Shown: positions 24,598 to 32,000 of the stretch, piece after piece
How the letters are laid out: each line of letters begins with the position of its first letter
Position numbering within the stretch: the first letter of the stretch is position 1
Assembly (NCBI GenBank): GCA_028279745.1
Contig: JANQNC010000001.1
Location: 660,001-692,000 of the forward strand
Origin: Candidatus Nanoarchaeia archaeon
Lineage (GTDB): Archaea > Nanobdellota > Nanobdellia > Woesearchaeales > JANQNC01
Direction of reading: 5' to 3'
DNA length: 32,000 nucleotides
Position numbers and translations under genes: made by a program
Notes under the pieces: generated by a model
What the model was told of the DNA's origin: nothing
What the model saw: only the letters and a program-made list of their open reading frames with translations
Databases searched by the model: none

Positions 24598-25047
24598 TTA
24601 TTCTTCCTTCTTTTTAGCTTCACTAACTTCTACAACTTTAACTTTGAATTTTAGTGTTTTTCCAGCTAAAGGGTGATTTAAGTCTAGAGTTGCTTCCTTA
24701 TCATCAACGCTAAGAACTTTAGCATTCATCGGGACGCCTTGAGGAGACATTATTCTCAAAACAACACCTTCCTTAACCTTATCAGTGTTTTCTCCAAATG
24801 ATTCTTTAGGAACTTTAACGTTTAGCTTATCATTTACTTCACCATAAGCTTTCTCAGGAGGTATAACTATCTCTTTCTCTTCTCCTTCCTTCATACCTTT
24901 AACACCTTCTTCAAATCCAGGAATAACCATCCCCTCACCAACTGTGAACTCCAAAGGATCTTTGCCTTCACTGCTGTCAAAAACAGTACCATCTTCCAAA
25001 GTACCAGTGTAGTGTAATTTTATCTTACTTCCGTCTTTTACTTCCAT
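24598..25047 (-). CDS. FKBP-type peptidyl-prolyl cis-trans isomerase (SlyD-like, short)
   Basis: KIKLHYTGTLEDGTVFDSS...LEFTVGEGMVIPGFEEGVKGMKEGEEKEIVIPPEKAYGE ... HPLAGKTLKFKVKVVEV. Confidence 0.9.
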   Translation of the reverse strand: MEVKDGSKIKLHYTGTLEDGTVFDSSEGKDPLEFTVGEGMVIPGFEEGVKGMKEGEEKEIVIPPEKAYGEVNDKLNVKVPKESFGENTDKVKEGVVLRIMSPQGVPMNAKVLSVDDKEATLDLNHPLAGKTLKFKVKVVEVSEAKKKEE

Positions 25048-25147
25048 TGTATAAAAACCTCCAATTTAAATGAAGAATTCAGGGCATAGTATATAAATGG
25101 TTGTGTTTAAATATATAAAGAAAAGATAATATCACACACATAATACA

Positions 25148-25849
25148 ATGGCAAGACGAAAAGAAGAATGGAAAGTGTACAAGAACGTATTCGATAATTT
25201 CACGTTAAGGACTCTAGAAAAATTAAGAAGTGAAGGGCACTACGACGAATTATTAAGTCCTGTTAGCATTGGTAAAGAAGGAAATGTGTTTACAGCATCA
25301 AAAGGAGACTCTTTAGTCGTTGTTAAGATATACAGACTTGAAAACTGCGACTTTAACAAACTATATGACTACATAAAATTTGATGTAAGATTCTTAGCTT
25401 TGAAAAAACAAAGAAGAAAAGTTATCTTTGCTTGGACACAAAGAGAATTCAGAAACTTGTTTAAATCTCGTGAAGGAAACGTTTCAGTGCCAAAACCAAT
25501 CTCCCATAAAAATAACGTCTTGATAGAAGAGTACATAGGGGGAGAGATGCCCGCACCACAACTTAGGAAGTTATTGCCTGTTGATGCGAAGAAGTTCTAT
25601 AAAAAAGTAATCCTTAATATGAAAAAGCTGCACAAAGCAGGACTAGTCCATGGCGATCTTTCTGAATTTAACATCTTAAACGATAACGAAAGCCCAGTCT
25701 TCATCGATTTTTCACAATGTACAGTGTTAGAAAGTACAAATGCAAAAGATCTTTTTTACAGAGACATCAAAAACATAGTAAGGTTCTTCTCAAAATTAGG
25801 GGTGGAGTGCACAGAGGAAGAACTTAAAAAATACCTACTAAAAAAATGA
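25148..25849 (+). CDS. RIO-type serine protein kinase (Rio1-like, no N-terminal wHTH)
   Basis: SIGKEGNVFTA P-loop-like motif, VVVKIYR, WTQREFRNL, LVHGDLSEFNIL catalytic loop, FIDFSQ metal-binding loop. Confidence 0.9.
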   Translation: MARRKEEWKVYKNVFDNFTLRTLEKLRSEGHYDELLSPVSIGKEGNVFTASKGDSLVVVKIYRLENCDFNKLYDYIKFDVRFLALKKQRRKVIFAWTQREFRNLFKSREGNVSVPKPISHKNNVLIEEYIGGEMPAPQLRKLLPVDAKKFYKKVILNMKKLHKAGLVHGDLSEFNILNDNESPVFIDFSQCTVLESTNAKDLFYRDIKNIVRFFSKLGVECTEEELKKYLLKK

Positions 25850-25905
25850 TATTTGCAACCAAATAAGGGCAAAAGTTTAAAAAGAAGTTATAATTTTAAA
25901 AAAAC

Positions 25906-26460
25906 ATGACCACCTATTCATACGAACTGAAAATACCTTTAGAACGAGTAGCTGTTCTAATAGGGAAAGAAGGAAGCGCAAAAAAACAGTTAGAAGAAGA
26001 AACAAAAACAAAAATAGATGTTGATTCAAAAGAGGGAGATATCACAGTAACAGGAGAAGACGCATTAAACCTTTTCACAGCAAGAGAGATAATAAAAGCT
26101 GTAGGAAGGGGATTTAATCCTGAAATCGCAAAAGCATTACTAAAACAAGACAACGTTCTTGAAATAATAAACATACAAGACTACACAGGAAAATCAAAAG
26201 ATTCACAACAAAGGCTTAAAGGCAGAGTAATAGGAAAAAACGGAAAGACAAGAGAACTTATTGAGGAGTTAACAGACACAAACGTTTCCGTTTATGGAAA
26301 AACAGTTGCTATCATAGGAAATCCAGAGAATACAAGCGCTGCAAGAAAAGCCGTAGACATGCTGCTTACAGGAAGCATGCATTCAGCAGTTTACCAAATG
26401 CTCGAAAAAAGAAGAGCAATGATGAAGAGACAAGAGATAGAGGATGAGTTCAATGGCTGA
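25906..26460 (+). CDS. KH-domain RNA-binding protein (archaeal Dim2/Pno1-like)
   Basis: Two KH-type segments ([19 protein letters not shown]; [20 protein letters not shown]). The position next to a RIO kinase is a common archaeal pairing. Confidence 0.8.
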   Translation: MTTYSYELKIPLERVAVLIGKEGSAKKQLEEETKTKIDVDSKEGDITVTGEDALNLFTAREIIKAVGRGFNPEIAKALLKQDNVLEIINIQDYTGKSKDSQQRLKGRVIGKNGKTRELIEELTDTNVSVYGKTVAIIGNPENTSAARKAVDMLLTGSMHSAVYQMLEKRRAMMKRQEIEDEFNG

Positions 26461-28177
26461 ACAGACAAAACTAACAGAAACTAAAACAAAAAAGAGAAGA
26501 TCAAACGCAGAAGAGATGGCAAAAAAGCAACGGGAAATATCTGTTGCAGAATTCTTTGAAAAAAACAGACACTTACTTGGTTTTGACAACAAACGAAAAG
26601 CTTTGTTGACAACAATAAAAGAAGCAGTAGATAATTCGTTGGATGCGTGTGAAGAAGCAGGCATACTGCCTGAAATAAACGTAGAAATAATAGACTTATC
26701 AGGAAAACAAGACGCGCAATCAGAAAAATTCAGAATAATAATAGAAGATAACGGTCCAGGAATAATAAAACAACAAGTCCCAAAAATATTCGCTAAACTT
26801 CTTTATGGAAGTAAGTTCCATTCAATGAAACAATCAAGGGGACAACAAGGGATTGGAATTTCAGCAGCTGCACTATATGGCCAGTTAACAACAGGAAAAC
26901 CTGTAAGGATCATATCAAAAACAAGTGCAAACAAACCCGCACACTACTACGAACTACACATAAATACAACAAATAACAAACCCGAAATCGTAAAAGAAGA
27001 CATAAAAGAATGGAAAAAAGATCATGGAACAAAAGTAGAGATCGATATGGAAGGCAGCTATCAAAAAGGAGGACAATCAGTAGATGAATACCTTATAGAG
27101 ACTGCAGTTGTCAACCCACATGTAACAATAACCTACACAAACCCAAAAGCAGAACAAAGAATATTCCCGCGAGCGACAGATCAGTTGCCAATTGAACCAA
27201 AAGAAATCAAGCCACACCCATACGGTGTAGAGTTAGGTATATTGATAAAGATGTTGAAGACTACTTCAGCAAAAACATTACAACAATTTTTCACAACAGA
27301 ATTCTCAAGAGTGGGGCCATCAGTAGCAAAAGAGATATGCGAAAAAGCATCAATAGTGCCAAAAGCAAAACCAACACAGATAGATAGAGCACATGCAGAA
27401 AAACTGTTCAATGCGATAAAAGAAGTAAAAATAATGAATCCTCCAACTAATTGTTTAAGTCCAATCGGAGCAGAACTATTAGAAAAGGGATTGAAAAAAG
27501 AAATAAATGCGGAATTCTACTGTTCAGCATCAAGACCTCCCTCAGTATATAGAGGAAACCCATTCATAATGGAAGCAGCAATAGCATATGGAGGAGAGTT
27601 GCCAGGAGACAAGCAAGTAACAATAATGAGATTTGCAAATAGAGTTCCGTTATTGTATCAACAATCAGCATGTTCAACAACAAAAAGCATAGCGCAAACA
27701 AACTGGAGAAGTTATGGACTAAGTCAATCACAAAATTCAATACCTGTAGGACCAGTAGCAATTGTTATACACATGGCATCAGTATGGGTGCCGTTTACCT
27801 CAGAGGCAAAAGAAGCGCTAGCGCACTATCCTGAAATGATTAAAGAATTAAAATTAGCTTTACAAGAATGTGGAAGGAAACTGGGCAGTTATGTCAACAA
27901 GAAAAAAAGGGTTGGTGCTGAGCTAAAGAAAAGATCATACATAGACAAGTACATCCCACACGTAGCAGACGCGTTAAAAGAATTATTATCATTAAAAGAT
28001 GGAGAGAAAGAAAAAATAGAAACGCAACTCCGGGATATGTTAGAAGAAAAAAGAGGAGAAGTTGAAGATTTAAAATTCGATCCAACCAAAAACACAGAGT
28101 ATGATGAGGAAATGGCAAAAATAAAAAAAATAGTAGAAGAAGAACACGAGGAGAAAGAAAATGGCAAAGAAGAATAA
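26444..28177 (+). CDS. top6B: DNA topoisomerase VI subunit B
   Basis: [19 protein letters not shown], a Bergerat/GHKL ATPase fold ([12 protein letters not shown]; IEDNGPGI; GSKF...[12 protein letters not shown]), a transducer domain, and a K/E-rich tail. Confidence 0.95.
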   Translation: MSSMAEQTKLTETKTKKRRSNAEEMAKKQREISVAEFFEKNRHLLGFDNKRKALLTTIKEAVDNSLDACEEAGILPEINVEIIDLSGKQDAQSEKFRIIIEDNGPGIIKQQVPKIFAKLLYGSKFHSMKQSRGQQGIGISAAALYGQLTTGKPVRIISKTSANKPAHYYELHINTTNNKPEIVKEDIKEWKKDHGTKVEIDMEGSYQKGGQSVDEYLIETAVVNPHVTITYTNPKAEQRIFPRATDQLPIEPKEIKPHPYGVELGILIKMLKTTSAKTLQQFFTTEFSRVGPSVAKEICEKASIVPKAKPTQIDRAHAEKLFNAIKEVKIMNPPTNCLSPIGAELLEKGLKKEINAEFYCSASRPPSVYRGNPFIMEAAIAYGGELPGDKQVTIMRFANRVPLLYQQSACSTTKSIAQTNWRSYGLSQSQNSIPVGPVAIVIHMASVWVPFTSEAKEALAHYPEMIKELKLALQECGRKLGSYVNKKKRVGAELKKRSYIDKYIPHVADALKELLSLKDGEKEKIETQLRDMLEEKRGEVEDLKFDPTKNTEYDEEMAKIKKIVEEEHEEKENGKEE

Positions 28178-29252
28178 AGTAGCAGTTTTGATAAAAGAAT
28201 TTGCTGACGATATGTACAAAAAGATACTAAAGAAAAAATCTCCAAAAATAAAAACTCCTCTCAGAGCACTGTCTAATGTTAAGTACGACATAAAAGAAGG
28301 CTACTTTGAGCTTTTAGGTAAGGAAAAGGAAAGGGCATTGACTACTTCAACAGTAAAATCATTTGCGCAAACCCTTCGTTTACTAGGATTATCAAAAGAA
28401 ATTGTAGAAAAAGACGACATGGCAACAAAAAGAGAAGCATACTATGTAAGCAAAAACTGGGGAGAAGCGAAGTTTAACGAACAACCAGAATCAGACACGA
28501 TAATGGATGACGTTGAAGCGATGATGAAAGTAAACAGAGAACAGATGGGCTTCATACCTGAAGAAAAAGGTGGAGACATAGCGGGAAAACTGGTTGTTAT
28601 AGATGTGGACCCCGATACTGGAAAGGAAATCAAAATTGACTGTACCAAATTTGGATCAGGAGCATACTCAGTACCAACATCAGTAGAACATTTGAAATTT
28701 GAAACAAAGGCTAAATTTGTATTAGCAATAGAAACAGCAGGTATGTTCCAAAGACTTGTAAAACATAATTATTGGAAAAAAGCAAATTGTATACTAATCT
28801 CTATGGGAGGAGTTCCAACAAGAGCGTGTAGAAGGTTTATTAGAAAATTATCAGATGAGAAAAAATTACCTGTATACGTATTTACAGATGGCGACCCATA
28901 TGGGTGGATGAATATTTACAGGACTTTGAAAGTTGGCAGTGGGAATAGTGCACATATTAACGAGTTCTTCTGTGTGCCAAAAGCAAAATTCTTCGGAATA
29001 ACCGCACAAGATATCGTTGATTACAAATTACCAACACACCCTCTGAAAGATGTGGACATAAAAAGGATCAAAGATGCAATCAAGAATGATCCATTTGTAC
29101 ACCACCATAAAGAATGGGCAAAATGTCTAAACCAGTTAGTAAAGATGAAAGTGAGGGCAGAGCAGCAAGCTCTTGCAAAACATGGATTAAATTTTGTAAT
29201 CTCAGACTATCTACCAAACAAGTTAAAGAACGCTAAGACTTGGCTGCCTTAG
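28161..29252 (+). CDS. top6A: DNA topoisomerase VI subunit A (Spo11 family)
   Basis: [11 protein letters not shown] catalytic Tyr region. Toprim motifs [11 protein letters not shown] and [12 protein letters not shown]. 17-nt overlap with top6B. Confidence 0.95.
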   Translation: MAKKNKVAVLIKEFADDMYKKILKKKSPKIKTPLRALSNVKYDIKEGYFELLGKEKERALTTSTVKSFAQTLRLLGLSKEIVEKDDMATKREAYYVSKNWGEAKFNEQPESDTIMDDVEAMMKVNREQMGFIPEEKGGDIAGKLVVIDVDPDTGKEIKIDCTKFGSGAYSVPTSVEHLKFETKAKFVLAIETAGMFQRLVKHNYWKKANCILISMGGVPTRACRRFIRKLSDEKKLPVYVFTDGDPYGWMNIYRTLKVGSGNSAHINEFFCVPKAKFFGITAQDIVDYKLPTHPLKDVDIKRIKDAIKNDPFVHHHKEWAKCLNQLVKMKVRAEQQALAKHGLNFVISDYLPNKLKNAKTWLP

Positions 29253-29701
29253 AGTGCATAAATCATAGCAACTAAGAAACCAATCAAAGCTCCAAAGAAA
29301 ACTTCTACAGGCGAATGACCTACAAACTCTTTAAACTTTCTTGTAAGTTTTACCTTGTGCTTTTTAGCAAGACTGTTAAGGAATGCCCCCTGTCTTCCTG
29401 TTTCTTGTCTGACACCCATCGCATCATACATGACAATACAAGATACAAAAAAAGTCATGTAAAACAAAGGAGAAAATCCTTGAGCAAGATATATTGCAGT
29501 GGTTAGAGATGCAACAACTGCAGAATGACCTGAAGGTAACCCGCCAGATTCAAACAAACCTCTCCAAAACAGTTTCTTAAACTTAATAGAATAAGTAATG
29601 AACTTAAGGAACTGCGCAATAAAGAAGCTAGTTATTACTACAAGGAATATAGTGCTTGTAGCAAAATCTTGAATCCACATAACACCTACCTTGTGTAGCA
29701 C
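29249..29701 (-). CDS. Divergent PAP2 / DUF212 membrane protein (acid phosphatase / vanadium haloperoxidase-related)
   Basis: Multi-TM protein with GGLPSGHSAVVASL and VGHSPVEVFFGALIG motifs. Confidence 0.75.
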   Translation of the reverse strand: MLHKVGVMWIQDFATSTIFLVVITSFFIAQFLKFITYSIKFKKLFWRGLFESGGLPSGHSAVVASLTTAIYLAQGFSPLFYMTFFVSCIVMYDAMGVRQETGRQGAFLNSLAKKHKVKLTRKFKEFVGHSPVEVFFGALIGFLVAMIYAL

Positions 29702-29774
29702 AGTTAATAAATGTTTCTATGGCAAGTTTTAAATATTCAATATATGAGTTAGGTAGTAAAAAGGAGGTCTCAAA

Positions 29775-30530
29775 ATGAAAGACAAACCACACATAATTCA
29801 TTCTGTGTTAATACTTGGGCTAGTAATAACCATCGTCGTATTAGCGCTGAATCAAAATGTAAATGTAGTTACAACAGACGGAGTTTCAGTTGAAGATAAA
29901 AACACTATTTCAGTTAGTGATACTGGAAGAGTTACAGTAACACCAGATATTGCAGATTTGCACATTAAGGTGTTGACAGATGCAGTTACTGCAGAAAGTG
30001 CACAACAAAACAATGCTGACTTAATGGATTCAGTCATAAAAGCATTGAAGAGAGAAGGCGTGGATGAAGATGATCTAGAAACAACAAACTTCAGATTAAG
30101 CCCAAAATATGACTGGGACAAAGGATATACTGAAATTGTAGGTTATACTGTAACACATAATCTAAAAGTAACAACCAACAAGATAAAAGAAGTTGGAGAG
30201 TTGGCAGATGTTGCAGTTGGCGCAGGAGCAAATGGAATAGATTACATCAACTTTAGATTATCTGACGATATGCAGAAACAGGTAAAAAATCAAGCGATTG
30301 AGAAAGCAGCGGATGCCGCAAAAGCTAAAGCAAAAACATTAGCTTCAGCAGCAGGTGTTAGTTTGGGAGATGTAATAGGCGTTTCAGAATCTTCATCTTA
30401 CTATCAACCATACAGATACTATGGATTTGATGCAGTAGCTGAAGGTGGAGCTCCAAAGGTTGATACTGAAATAAGCCCAGAAGATGTTGATGTCACAGCA
30501 CAAGTTACTTTAACTTACGAGTTGAAGTAA
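29775..30530 (+). CDS. SIMPL / DUF541 domain membrane-anchored protein
   Basis: N-terminal TM helix. GRVTVTPDIADLHIKV...IVGYTVTHNLKVTTNKIKEVGELADVAVGAGANGIDYINFRLSD...AIEKAADAAKAKAKTLASAAGVSLGDVIGVSE matches the SIMPL pattern. Strong AAGGAGGT at 29761-29768. Confidence 0.85.
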   Translation: MKDKPHIIHSVLILGLVITIVVLALNQNVNVVTTDGVSVEDKNTISVSDTGRVTVTPDIADLHIKVLTDAVTAESAQQNNADLMDSVIKALKREGVDEDDLETTNFRLSPKYDWDKGYTEIVGYTVTHNLKVTTNKIKEVGELADVAVGAGANGIDYINFRLSDDMQKQVKNQAIEKAADAAKAKAKTLASAAGVSLGDVIGVSESSSYYQPYRYYGFDAVAEGGAPKVDTEISPEDVDVTAQVTLTYELK

Positions 30531-30538
30531 TTATTTTT

Positions 30539-31123
30539 TTATTTTAATTTATATTTAGAAATTATCTTTCTGCAAGTAACACCATCACCGACATGACAAA
30601 AGGCAATAGTGTCTACTTTGAACTTAATAGGTAGATCAGCTTTAGCATCATAACAACCCAAAGTGATATGAGGCCAATAGTTTTCAAATGAAGTTTTTTC
30701 ACTGTGCGTATCTAACCAAACTTTTGTTTCATCCTTCATCCCTGTTTCTTCACCTTTGTATAACATATCCACAGTTGCGCCTTTTTGCAGATACTGTTTG
30801 ATTTTATTTAGGATGGTCTCATGCAATGATTGTAACTCTTCAGTATTTGTTATCTCAAAAGAAGACTTATTCCCTTCAGGAGTTTCTTTGTATTTTATAT
30901 TTTCAATAGATAGCTCAATAGGTGATTGCTCTATAGCTTGCAAGTAATCTTGAATTGGTTTTACATCTTTTTCATCAATTACACCCATAGCTAAAGTGAT
31001 GTGGGGAATATAATCATTTTTTCCCAAAGGTCTTATACGTTCAGAATTTTTATTGAGTTTTATACATAAATTTTCAATATCATCAGGCAATAATAAGGCA
31101 ATATCAATAGCTATCTTTGCCAT
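30539..31123 (-). CDS. 2H phosphoesterase superfamily protein (LigT / 2'-5' RNA ligase-like)
   Basis: Two H-x-T motifs in pseudo-symmetric halves: IPHITLAMG and WPHITLGCY. I prefer ATG 31123 (M14), which sits 1 nt after the DUF99 stop, rather than a 38-nt overlap. Confidence 0.7.
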   Translation of the reverse strand: MAKIAIDIALLLPDDIENLCIKLNKNSERIRPLGKNDYIPHITLAMGVIDEKDVKPIQDYLQAIEQSPIELSIENIKYKETPEGNKSSFEITNTEELQSLHETILNKIKQYLQKGATVDMLYKGEETGMKDETKVWLDTHSEKTSFENYWPHITLGCYDAKADLPIKFKVDTIAFCHVGDGVTCRKIISKYKLK

Positions 31124-31124
31124 A

Positions 31125-31748
31125 CTACGCTCTACCTCTGCTTTCACCCTCAACGACACCACTTGCCATCAAGTGAGCAACTCTGATCGGTTCAGGCATC
31201 AAGCCATTTGTGGTTGAGATCTTAACCATCTTATTTGCCTCTTCAGGAGTCAAACCATAAATCTGAATATAAATCTTGCCTTTCTTCTTGCCAAAATCAA
31301 CCTCATAAATCTCGCCAGCATCACGAATAAGCTTCTCTTTGTACTGATGATTTTGAACATTCTTCAACGCTTTAAACACTCTTTCTAAATTAGGATATTT
31401 TCTCATAACAACAATAACGGGAAGTTTAGTCTTAACAGACAATTTCTTTATGTCAAGAACATTAAAACCACCCATAGCAATACCATCAGTCATGACTGCT
31501 TGAAGCTGATCTTTGTGTTTGCTATTGTTTATCATCTGAATAAGTTTATCAGTAGCATCACTACCATCAATCTCAATATTAGTAGAAACAATACCATCTA
31601 AAACCTTCCCACCTCTAAAAATAGTGCCTATCGCAAGAATCCTCCTGTAACCTTTATGTTTTCTAAATGGCGAATCATCTATACCAATGATTCTAATCTC
31701 TTTCCCAATCTTTCTCTTTCTCTTAAAGAGCCTGCTAAAAATACTCAT
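31125..31748 (-). CDS. UPF0215 / DUF99 family protein (EndoV-like fold, archaeal)
   Basis: The IIGIDDSPF signature near the N-terminus plus ...AIGTIFRGGKVLDG... and the overall length are typical of DUF99. Confidence 0.8.
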   Translation of the reverse strand: MSIFSRLFKRKRKIGKEIRIIGIDDSPFRKHKGYRRILAIGTIFRGGKVLDGIVSTNIEIDGSDATDKLIQMINNSKHKDQLQAVMTDGIAMGGFNVLDIKKLSVKTKLPVIVVMRKYPNLERVFKALKNVQNHQYKEKLIRDAGEIYEVDFGKKKGKIYIQIYGLTPEEANKMVKISTTNGLMPEPIRVAHLMASGVVEGESRGRA

Positions 31749-32000
31749 TTTTTCCTAAAAAACACCAAAAATGCTGAATGCATCAAACCCTGTGATTTGG
31801 GTCTTACTTTCTTGCCTTCAACATGCCACTCACGCTCTATAAGCTCTAGTGTCTTTAGGTGTAAGAAATCAGAAGAATTATTTAAAGCTTCTTCAACCTG
31901 AGTAATACAAGGAAGATAAAGCACTAAAAAACCCCCTCGTTTAAGGATCTTATTTGCTGCTTTTAAATGATTATTAGGGTCTGGCATATCAAGGACAACA
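31745..32000 (-). CDS. trmI: tRNA (adenine-N1)-methyltransferase TrmI/Gcd14-like, C-terminal part (N-terminus outside the window)
   Basis: The frame stays open upstream of the tracked Met. My translation of 32000-31985 gives VVLDMPDP, the TrmI D-x-P-x-P motif. It continues ...ILKRGGFLVLYLPCITQV...REWHVEGKKVRPKSQGLMHSAFLVFFRK. ATGA overlap with DUF99. Confidence 0.75.
   Translation of the reverse strand, partial: VVLDMPDPNNHLKAANKILKRGGFLVLYLPCITQVEEALNNSSDFLHLKTLELIEREWHVEGKKVRPKSQGLMHSAFLVFFRKK

Noticed and set aside
26383-28291. Minus-strand ORFs antisense to top6B/top6A (26383..26664, 27181..27411, 27564..27761, 27889..28245, 27894..28118, 28070..28291)
   Set aside because: They are mirror frames of K/E-rich and conserved Topo VI coding sequence, giving F/S/L-rich low-complexity products.
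1-32000. CRISPR arrays, rRNA genes, IS elements
   Set aside because: I saw no regularly spaced direct repeats, no rRNA-like conserved stretches and no transposase-like ORFs in any frame. Coding density leaves no room for an array.

Overview
AT-rich, densely packed window with many 4-17 nt gene overlaps. It looks archaeal, because it carries Topo VI A and B, ABCE1, RNase P Rpp30, RibL-type FAD synthase, RIO kinase with a KH (Dim2-like) protein, TrmI and DUF99. The small-genome style plus huge Cys-rich surface proteins suggests a DPANN-like lineage, but that is inference only. All domain names come from motif recognition by eye; no searches were run.

The window has two parts.

(1) Positions 1-13050 (about 40% of the window) form one minus-strand island of five tightly coupled genes. 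All five encode secreted or membrane-anchored proteins and no enzymes:
- two paralogous acidic Cys-rich proteins of 711 and 988 aa;
- a 394-aa protein with an archaeal type IV pilin-like (class III) signal peptide;
- an 1872-aa mosaic protein (Cys-knot-like segments, CarboxypepD_reg-like domains, FN3, about 10 Ig-like modules) with no recognisable anchor;
- a further Ig-like protein that runs off the left edge and is missing from the ORF track.

This island is the best candidate for an undescribed system, possibly a cell-surface or host-attachment apparatus.

(2) Positions 13.2-32 kb hold mostly housekeeping genes. They also hold a five-gene PadR / ABC ATPase / COG1361-like surface protein / two FtsX-permease operon, a small protein coupled to a GH15-like domain, a tRNA-Thr(CGU) directly abutted by an untracked 51-aa zinc-ribbon ORF, and a 2H-phosphoesterase / DUF99 / TrmI RNA-processing trio.

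I saw no CRISPR array, rRNA, transposase, integrase or reverse transcriptase.
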